A stretch of 41,333 bases of DNA from a virus (taxonomy: Duplodnaviria > Caudoviricetes), in IMG/VR virus record IMGVR_UViG_3300020045_011942, positions 1 through 41,333 of that record; one strand, 5' to 3'. Under the pieces are notes generated by a model. It was not told the DNA's origin. It did not search any database and saw nothing but the letters and a program-made list of their open reading frames with translations. The translations under genes and the position numbers were made by a program. Positions 34,855-41,333 of this stretch are shown here, one piece after another. Every line of letters begins with the position of its first letter. Positions within the stretch are counted from its first letter, which is position 1.

Positions 34855-35067
34855 ATGAATAAGGGAACAAAGCGGCTCGAGACGGCGCGAGGGTATATCC
34901 GTGAGAATTGGGAGAAGGAGTCGGACCGGGAGATTGCTGTTTCTATGGAAATTACGAAACAACAAGTGAGGGAGATTCGGGCACGGCTTGGTTTAAAGCG
35001 GAGCAAGGAGAATCAAAAGAGGATGCAAGCGAAGGGATTTAATAAGAGTGGGTGGAAAAGGAAGTGA
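34855..35067 (+). CDS. Small basic HTH protein
   Basis: 'SDREIAVSMEITKQQVREIRARLGLKR'. Confidence 0.75.
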   Translation: MNKGTKRLETARGYIRENWEKESDREIAVSMEITKQQVREIRARLGLKRSKENQKRMQAKGFNKSGWKRK

Positions 35068-35124
35068 TATTGACACATAAAAATGGTGCTATAGTTATTT
35101 CATTATTCGAAGCAATTTAGGAAC

Positions 35125-35421
35125 ATGAAAATTGATTGCTCACAGGAAATTCACACGTTGAAAGGAATCCCTTTCAAGGATGCGGAGGGGAAAAATCTTA
35201 CTCTCGGGGACGTTATCGCGGAAGTATTGGCGATGGATGAGGTGGGGGGAAAGATGAAATTATTCACACTCGCGCAAAAGGCGTATGGTAGCGGAGACAT
35301 GGAGGTCGATGCTGCGGATTTGTCTTTGATAAAAAAGTCTTTTGAGAAAACGAAGGCATATAACGGAAATGCGCTTGTGTTGGGACAGGCGCAAAAGATG
35401 CTCGAGGAGGTAAAGGAATAA
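35125..35421 (+). CDS. Hypothetical protein
   Basis: 98 aa; extended -10 TGcTATAGT upstream at 35087-35095. Confidence 0.7.
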   Translation: MKIDCSQEIHTLKGIPFKDAEGKNLTLGDVIAEVLAMDEVGGKMKLFTLAQKAYGSGDMEVDAADLSLIKKSFEKTKAYNGNALVLGQAQKMLEEVKE

Positions 35422-35423
35422 GT

Positions 35424-35672
35424 ATGGAATATAAAACACGAGAGTTATTGCCGGAGGAGGCGGAGGCGTTGTCTAAGGATTTGCAGGATGTTTTGAAAAA
35501 GCACAACTGCGAGATGGGGGTGCGGTCGATGATTGAATTACTAAAATATGTGGAGGAGCCAGAAGTCTCTCCTATACAATCCGATGGAAAAGGGGGAGTT
35601 AGTGAAGTCGGAGAAGAGGCAGCAGAAGTACACCAGGCCGACGGTGGCGATCAAGCACAAAAAGGTGCTTGA
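35424..35672 (+). CDS. Acidic hypothetical protein
   Basis: Starts 2 nt after the upstream stop. Confidence 0.55.
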   Translation: MEYKTRELLPEEAEALSKDLQDVLKKHNCEMGVRSMIELLKYVEEPEVSPIQSDGKGGVSEVGEEAAEVHQADGGDQAQKGA

Positions 35673-36195
35673 CAACTTGGTTGCAAATGGTGGGAACTTG
35701 GGGAAAGCGATCCGGGACACCGGGCTTTATTCTGAGGTTGTAGCTAATGATCCCGGAAAGATAACTGATTCAAAGACATGGCAAGAGCTTGTAGAACAAT
35801 ATCTTCCCGACGATATTCTCGCGGAGAAACATCGAGAGTTATTGAGCCAAGTTCGTATTGAGTACTTCATGTTCCCGAAGGGACTGGACGATGAAGAGAT
35901 ACGAGGGCATCTCGAAGCGAATGGGCTCACTTGTTTGAATGTCCGAATGAGCGACAAAGGAAAGATGGCTTTTTACGCAATCCCCGACTCTCAAGCTCGC
36001 TCTAAGGCCATAGAAATGGGATACAAGCTAAAAGGGCGCACGATGGAGGATGGAGCACAACAAAAATCCGGCAACACATACAACATCCTCTTTGCCGCCG
36101 AGACGCAAGCGACGGTGAAAGCGTTTGAGGAAAGTTTAAAAGATAAACTACTTGGCTATGCTGGCGAGGATAGTAAGGGCATGGAAACTAAGTAA
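35584..36195 (+). CDS. terS: Putative terminase small subunit
   Basis: HTH-like 'NGGNLGKAIRDTGLYSE...P.KIT.SK.WQEL' and oligomerisation-type 'DSQARSKAIEMGYKLKG'; upstream of terL in the same operon. Confidence 0.6.
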   Translation: MEKGELVKSEKRQQKYTRPTVAIKHKKVLDNLVANGGNLGKAIRDTGLYSEVVANDPGKITDSKTWQELVEQYLPDDILAEKHRELLSQVRIEYFMFPKGLDDEEIRGHLEANGLTCLNVRMSDKGKMAFYAIPDSQARSKAIEMGYKLKGRTMEDGAQQKSGNTYNILFAAETQATVKAFEESLKDKLLGYAGEDSKGMETK

Positions 36196-36367
36196 AAAGG
36201 AGCCGGAAGCGCTTGAACAAGCGATGAGTGTTTCCGATACCATCCCGGAGATTGGAGATGGTGGCGGTGCCTTTTTGGGCGAAGGAACGCATGAGGAGTT
36301 CCTACAACAACAGCGTGAAGACGAGGGAATGGCCCCCTGGTACAAGCGTCTCGAGCGATTGATATGA
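36158..36367 (+). CDS. Hypothetical protein
   Basis: MLARIVRAWKLSKK...; packed in operon. Confidence 0.55.
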   Translation: MLARIVRAWKLSKKEPEALEQAMSVSDTIPEIGDGGGAFLGEGTHEEFLQQQREDEGMAPWYKRLERLI

Positions 36368-36462
36368 CTGACTCAGAATCGTGCATCGTTTGTCTTAGAG
36401 ACTGGCCATATTGTGAGTGTGGAGAAGTGGAAAATGAAGAGTTAGAAGATGAGTTGCTATGA
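36364..36462 (+). CDS. 32-aa Cys4 micro-protein (not in ORF track)
   Basis: MTDSESCIVCLRDWPYCECGEVENEELEDELL; ATGA overlaps at both ends. Confidence 0.6.
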   Translation: MTDSESCIVCLRDWPYCECGEVENEELEDELL

Positions 36463-36902
36463 GTTACGAACACACGCCACGGCCAAATATCGAGTATCAC
36501 CCGCATATTCGCTATTTGATCGAGACGCAAGAGAAGCGCGTGGAGGACCGTATTCGGTTTCGTGAGAACGAAAAGATTGCCACGGAGCGCGATCAGTTAA
36601 TAAAAGACGCGAAACTGGTGGAGCTTGTAGAGTTTTGGTGCGCGTCATGTCGAGAGGACTTTAAGGGTGTCGCGATCAAACAGGTAGAGCAGGACTGGTC
36701 GTGTAATGGACAATGGGTCGCGTTCTATAAAACAAAGTGCTTTAGAGGACATTGGTGCATGAGATTGATAACGGACAAGAATCGGGATGGTTATTGGACA
36801 AGATCACGACAGGTTCTAAGGGACAGAGGGACGCACTTCAAGGACGTTTTACAGCCATGGGAGAGCGGCTTTCAATTACTATACGGACGTAAAAATACAT
36901 AA
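36459..36902 (+). CDS. Hypothetical protein with Zn-ribbon-like motif
   Basis: 'FWCASCREDF...KCFRGHWC'. Confidence 0.7.
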   Translation: MSYEHTPRPNIEYHPHIRYLIETQEKRVEDRIRFRENEKIATERDQLIKDAKLVELVEFWCASCREDFKGVAIKQVEQDWSCNGQWVAFYKTKCFRGHWCMRLITDKNRDGYWTRSRQVLRDRGTHFKDVLQPWESGFQLLYGRKNT

Positions 36903-36913
36903 AGGACAAGACT

Positions 36914-37165
36914 ATGAAGATACTCGGAGACAGAGTGTTGGTGAGTAAGGTTGAGGAGCCGGTAAAGGACGGCTTTCAGACAGTCGATGTGCAGGATAGC
37001 TTCGTTAATAAAGGACGTGTTGAGCAGACGTCGCAAGACTATGCATCTATTAAGGTTGGCGATGTTGTCCTTTTCGCGAAATATTCCCCGGACACACAAG
37101 AGATCGAACACGAAGGAGAGAAGATGAAGATCGTCATGGTGAGTGACATCATCGCGGTACTATGA
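36914..37165 (+). CDS. groES: Co-chaperonin GroES (divergent)
   Basis: 'MKILGDRVLV', 'KGRV', 'IKVGDVVLFAKYS...EIEHEGEKMKIV...DIIAVL'. Confidence 0.92.
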   Translation: MKILGDRVLVSKVEEPVKDGFQTVDVQDSFVNKGRVEQTSQDYASIKVGDVVLFAKYSPDTQEIEHEGEKMKIVMVSDIIAVL

Positions 37166-37458
37166 AGATCACGAGGCAAGACGTAGAGAAGTACGTGGCA
37201 GGACGGCCGATGAGTGAGGTACAGGTGGACGGCATCCCGGACGGCTTTGCGTTCAAGTATGCTGATGTGAATATTGGGGGAAAGGAAGTCCTCGGATCAT
37301 TGATTGCGTACGTGCCGCTGAGTAATTGGAAGGCGGTGTTTGCACAGGGAGGAGATTATAAAAAATTAGTTGAACTCTATAACAAAGAGCTTTATGCAAT
37401 ACAAAGAAGTACTACAGGGGCACCATGCGCGACAGCGAGTGAAGGATGGGATCGATAA
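37162..37458 (+). CDS. Hypothetical protein between groES and groEL
   Basis: ATGA overlap with groES; 3' end overlaps groEL by 65 nt. Confidence 0.65.
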   Translation: MKITRQDVEKYVAGRPMSEVQVDGIPDGFAFKYADVNIGGKEVLGSLIAYVPLSNWKAVFAQGGDYKKLVELYNKELYAIQRSTTGAPCATASEGWDR

Positions 37459-38968
37459 AGCAACTAAAGCGGTCGCCCCAACGCTAGGCGCGGTCGGTAT
37501 GACGGCTCTCATTGAGTGGCCGGGCTTGGACCCAATCGTCGCTGACGATGGTGTCACTATTCTCAAAAGCCTCGAATTTGAGGATGCACACGAGAACATG
37601 GGGCTTTATATGCTACGAAAAGCAGCTATCCGCACCAGTACGGAGGGCGGAGACGGTACAGCAACGACGACAGTTTTGACGCAAGCGCTCGTTCAAGAGG
37701 CATTTAAGGAGATCGCGAACGACTCTTCGAAGACTCGCGAGGTGAAAGAACGGCTACAAAAGGGATTAGAAGAAGCGCTTGCTGCGCTCAAAGAGATTAA
37801 ACGAGAGGTGACGGAGGACGATATCGAGAAGATTGCAGCTATTTCCTCGCTCGATCCAGAGGTCGCCCGGCTTATCGCGGAAGTCATTAAGGATGTTGGC
37901 ATCGACGGGGTGGTGACGGTGGAGCGTGGAGCACAGCTTGGATATTCGAAAGAGGTGGTGAAGGGCGCGCGCTTCGATAAGGGGCTTATTTCGCCATTCT
38001 TCATTAACGATCATGAGCATAAACAGACCGTGCTCGAGGACGCGTACATCGTCCTCGTGGATCGTAAGATCAGTACGAACGAACAGATACTTTCACTCCT
38101 CAATTCAATCGGGACGGGAAAGGATATCCTTTTCATCGCCACGGACGTAGACAGTGTGGCGCTCGGAACACTCGCACAGAACGCGGTAAATAAGGTCGCG
38201 GATATTGCGTGTGTACGAAACCCTTATACAGCGAGTCCTTCCCGGGACTTCCTCTTCGACATGGCTGCGCTCACAGGCGCGACAGTAATTAGTGAGGAAA
38301 TGGGAATGATGCTCGATAAAGCGACGGTCGAAGTGTGCGGTCGGGCGGAGAAGGTTATCGTCACGCGAGACACGACAACGATCATTGGTGGAAAGGGAGA
38401 TCCAACAGAGCGGATTGCAGCTATTCAAAAGGAGATCGAGGGAACGACGTCGGAATACCAGAAAGGAATGCTCGAAGATCGTCTCGCGGCACTCACAGGG
38501 GGGATTGGTGTTATCCGTGTCGGAGCGTATACGGACCCAGAGTTTAATGCCAAAAAGTACAAGTTCGAGAATGGAATCAATGCGACGCAAGCGGCGTTGC
38601 AGGAAGGGATTATTATCGGAGGAGGAGCCGCGCTCGCGAAGATCAGTGAAGGTGTCCTCGATCCTATGTTCCAAAAGTCTCTTATCGCACCTATTAAGCA
38701 AATGGCGGAGAATGCCGGGCTTGAGTGGTATCAAGTGCTTGAGATGGTACGCGGCACTGAGACGAACGAGTTCGGATCAGAGGTGCAAACAAACATTGGC
38801 TTCAACTTTGTTTCGTGTGAGCCAGTAGACATGTTCGACGCCGGCATCATTGACCCATTCAAAGTGACCCGCCTTGCGCTTGAGAGCGCAGTGTCGATTG
38901 CATCTATGCTTGTTGGTATGGAGACGGCCATTACCGTTAAAAAAGATGAAAAAAAAGGAGAAGAGTAA
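37394..38968 (+). CDS. groEL: Chaperonin GroEL (group I, divergent ATP site)
   Basis: 'PTLGAVG', 'DDGVTI', 'GDGTATTTVL', 'GARFDKGLISPFF', 'RLAALTGGIGVIRVGA', 'AGIIDPFKVTRLALESAVS'; no GGM tail. Confidence 0.97.
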   Translation: MQYKEVLQGHHARQRVKDGIDKATKAVAPTLGAVGMTALIEWPGLDPIVADDGVTILKSLEFEDAHENMGLYMLRKAAIRTSTEGGDGTATTTVLTQALVQEAFKEIANDSSKTREVKERLQKGLEEALAALKEIKREVTEDDIEKIAAISSLDPEVARLIAEVIKDVGIDGVVTVERGAQLGYSKEVVKGARFDKGLISPFFINDHEHKQTVLEDAYIVLVDRKISTNEQILSLLNSIGTGKDILFIATDVDSVALGTLAQNAVNKVADIACVRNPYTASPSRDFLFDMAALTGATVISEEMGMMLDKATVEVCGRAEKVIVTRDTTTIIGGKGDPTERIAAIQKEIEGTTSEYQKGMLEDRLAALTGGIGVIRVGAYTDPEFNAKKYKFENGINATQAALQEGIIIGGGAALAKISEGVLDPMFQKSLIAPIKQMAENAGLEWYQVLEMVRGTETNEFGSEVQTNIGFNFVSCEPVDMFDAGIIDPFKVTRLALESAVSIASMLVGMETAITVKKDEKKGEE

Positions 38969-40511
38969 ACAATACTATTCGATCCTTCACTGGATACTTG
39001 AGCGGGGGATCGTGAGCGAGAAAGGGGAGCTATTCGACTTTAAAGATCGCCCGTTTCTCTTGGATATTCTCACGGACTTTAACCCGGACATCGTGGTTGT
39101 AGCGTGCGCGCAGGTCGGGAAAACAGTGACATTCTTGCTCAAGATCCTCTTCGCGGTGAAGCACTTCGGTATGCAAGTGATCTATACGATGCCGACGGAC
39201 GACGATGTGCGCGAGACGGTCGCGTCTAAGGTGAATAAGATAATCCAGGCCAATAGTCATGAGTTCCGGGGGATGGATAGCGATAGTATCGAGCGTAAGG
39301 AAATCAACGGGCGGTTCATCTTTTTCAAGGGAACGGTGTCGAAAACGGCCGCTATCTCAACGACGGCGGATCTTCTTGTGCATGACGAAGTGTCGCGCTC
39401 GGATCAGTTGGCTATTGAGACGTACAAGTCACGTACGAAAGCGTCGGACTATAAGGGACGATGGCTATTCTCAAACCCGGGAACGGAGCGCGACGAGCTT
39501 GACCTTGCCTGGAATAAGAGCGATCAGAGGGAGTGGGTAATCAAATGCCCTTCATGTAAGGACGAGCACTACATGGTATGGCCGGAGAGTATTGATGTGG
39601 GAAAAAAGAAGTATGTTTGTCGCGCGTGTAAGGCACCGATCAGTGACGAGGTACGACGTCGGGGTAAGTGGGTGCCGCAGAATCCGGGATCTAAGACACA
39701 CGGCTACCATATATCCCACATGATGTTTCTCAAGGTGAGCGCGGAGGAAATTATCAAGGATTCAGAGGGGGATCCGGCGTACTTTAACAACTTCGTACTC
39801 GGAAAGGCGTACTCTCCCGGGGATCTTTCTCTTTCGAAAACTACTATCCTTGACTTGTGGACGCCGAAAGATCTACGAACGGGGAACATTTTCCTCGGGG
39901 TGGACGTGGGGAATATGAAGCATTACTCGATTCGCACGGAAAAGGGAGTAATCAAGCTTGGACGTTTCTCGGACTGGCGCACGCTCGATGACATTATCGC
40001 TACATGGAAGCCGACGGCAGGGGTAATTGACGCTATGCCGGACAACACGGCCGCGAATCACTATGTCTCGACGTATCCGTTCATGAAAATGAGTTATTTC
40101 CAGGAAAACAACAATAATCCACAGACGATTGTGTGGTGGGGAGAGGGGGATAAATACGGAATAGTGTACTCACACCGGGATCGGGTGCTTGATCGCATGT
40201 TTACGGACATGATCGAGGCGAAGTTCTTGATCGGGGTACAGACGGACGCTGATTTTCGAGAATATATCAAGCATTACGAGACATTGAGGCGCGAAAAGGT
40301 GGTGAATAACAAGGGAATAGAGCGGTATATATGGGCGTCTACAACTGGCGTGGATCACTATGTGTTTGCAGATCTTTATAGCTACCTAGCGATGCTTGGC
40401 GCGGGTTCTGGCACCTTTTTTGCAGAACCAACAGGTGCGAATAAGCCGTCGGTGATTGATGCAGATAACGTATACGATGTCACTCAAGCGTTTATGGACG
40501 CCAATTCTTGA
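38946..40511 (+). CDS. terL: Terminase large subunit (lambda GpA-like ATPase plus nuclease)
   Basis: Walker A 'CAQVGKT', Walker B 'LLVHDE', 'FSNP', Zn motifs CPSC/CRAC, RNase H-like 'FLGVDVG' and 'DHYVFA'. Confidence 0.92.
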   Translation: MKKKEKSKQYYSILHWILERGIVSEKGELFDFKDRPFLLDILTDFNPDIVVVACAQVGKTVTFLLKILFAVKHFGMQVIYTMPTDDDVRETVASKVNKIIQANSHEFRGMDSDSIERKEINGRFIFFKGTVSKTAAISTTADLLVHDEVSRSDQLAIETYKSRTKASDYKGRWLFSNPGTERDELDLAWNKSDQREWVIKCPSCKDEHYMVWPESIDVGKKKYVCRACKAPISDEVRRRGKWVPQNPGSKTHGYHISHMMFLKVSAEEIIKDSEGDPAYFNNFVLGKAYSPGDLSLSKTTILDLWTPKDLRTGNIFLGVDVGNMKHYSIRTEKGVIKLGRFSDWRTLDDIIATWKPTAGVIDAMPDNTAANHYVSTYPFMKMSYFQENNNNPQTIVWWGEGDKYGIVYSHRDRVLDRMFTDMIEAKFLIGVQTDADFREYIKHYETLRREKVVNNKGIERYIWASTTGVDHYVFADLYSYLAMLGAGSGTFFAEPTGANKPSVIDADNVYDVTQAFMDANS

Positions 40512-40512
40512 T

Positions 40513-40734
40513 ATGCCCCCTAAAATTGAAGTTGCCGTATACATGCCGGACGCTGAGGCAAGACAATTTTTGCTATTCAAGAAACATTTCGACGTGTTCG
40601 AGGTTCTTGTAGCGGCGAATGTTTTTGACCAAAAGAATGCTTCGATAACACTCAATTTCGATAATCACGGGATTCTCCAGGTGGTGGAGCGAAAGGATCG
40701 GTTGTACTCGCGAAGACATTCACTATCCACATAG
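40513..40734 (+). CDS. Hypothetical protein between terL and portal
   Basis: MPPKIEVAVY...; starts 1 nt after the terL stop. Confidence 0.65.
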   Translation: MPPKIEVAVYMPDAEARQFLLFKKHFDVFEVLVAANVFDQKNASITLNFDNHGILQVVERKDRLYSRRHSLST

Positions 40735-40794
40735 GAAATCTTCGGTGAAAATTCATGGTATAGTTTTGGTACATAAATGCCCAATCCAAACAAC

Positions 40795-40829
40795 GGAGGG
40801 CCGTCCCATGTAGGGCGGCTCTCCTTTTT
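40795..40829 (+). terminator. Intrinsic terminator-like hairpin immediately before the portal start
   Basis: ggagggccgtcc-catgta-gggcggctctcc-ttttt. Confidence 0.7.
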
Positions 40830-40832
40830 GAT

Positions 40833-41333
40833 ATGAAAATTAACTTCGAAGAATTTAAAGATCCAGACCTCGTAAAACTTATTGATAGTCGATGGGAATC
40901 TTCGAAGGACGTGTGGAATGACATCGAACGAATCTATAAAACAAATACCGCAATTTACGAGAACCACGCCGAGTGGCTCGACTTGTTGCCGGAACGACGT
41001 CGTAACTATGCAGTCCAGGCCAATCGTATCTTCGTCAACATGGAGTCGGTTATCAATGCGGTGATCGCAAATCCACCAGGACTCAACATATTACCGAGTA
41101 GAGACGGAGAAGTGGCGCAAGAATTTGCACGAAAGCTCGAGAGTTATCTTCGTAAGAAGTTCTTGGATCTCAATACGAAAGAAACAATGCGCATGGGACT
41201 GCGCAATCTCTACTTCGCGCGTCTCTTGGTGATAAAGCCATTTTGGAACCCTGCTATCAATGACTTTGATTTCCAGTCGATTGATCCGCGCAAGGTTCGT
41301 TTTGGTAAGTTCGCGCGCAAGGAACAGGATTCA
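40833..41333 (+). CDS. Portal protein, N-terminal part (runs off the window end; absent from ORF track)
   Basis: Open for 167 codons: MKINFEEFKDPDLVKLIDSRWESSKDVW...QANRIFVNMESVINAVIANPP...IDPRKVRFG; follows terL. Confidence 0.8.
   Translation, partial: MKINFEEFKDPDLVKLIDSRWESSKDVWNDIERIYKTNTAIYENHAEWLDLLPERRRNYAVQANRIFVNMESVINAVIANPPGLNILPSRDGEVAQEFARKLESYLRKKFLDLNTKETMRMGLRNLYFARLLVIKPFWNPAINDFDFQSIDPRKVRFGKFARKEQDS

Noticed and set aside
35070-35095. TTGACA paired with TATAGT as a canonical -35/-10 promoter
   Set aside because: The spacer is only 14 nt; only the extended -10 is credible.
1-41333. Alternative genetic code (stop-codon reassignment as in some CPR and their phages)
   Set aside because: Long genes are intact in code 11, and TGA, TAG and TAA all end genes at tight junctions.

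Overview
The window is a nearly complete, circularly permuted ~41 kb tailed dsDNA phage genome in genetic code 11. The portal gene is split across the two ends, and the frames do not join, so some sequence is missing. Order: portal C-part, scaffold, major capsid, decoration/fibre genes, a glycosyltransferase, holin, podovirus-like tail and ejection genes ending in a 1625-aa zincin-motif protein (all +). Next is a leftward arm with an M23 endolysin, many small accessory ORFs, YopX, a PD-(D/E)XK nuclease, a Gp157/Gam-like protein, an SSB-like protein and an HTH protein. Then come a rightward replication block (CHC2 zinc finger, P-loop ATPase, SF2 helicase, resolvase), an AT-rich divergent control region, and a packaging operon with groES-ORF-groEL between the putative small and the large terminase. 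I see no integrase, DNA polymerase, tape measure, tRNA or CRISPR. Mostly SD-less, A-rich starts and a Parcubacteria-style exported protein suggest a Patescibacteria (CPR) host, which is inference only. Most notable: (1) a self-contained, hairpin-framed two-gene cassette at ~21.5-22.5 kb with canonical Shine-Dalgarno sites in an otherwise mostly SD-less genome; (2) a chaperonin pair whose GroEL has D398N/T90A-equivalent ATP-site changes and whose GroES lacks the roof loop; (3) a promoter-uORF-terminator attenuator in front of the portal; (4) a glycosyltransferase among Ser/Thr-rich virion genes. All family calls come from motif recognition by eye, not from database searches.
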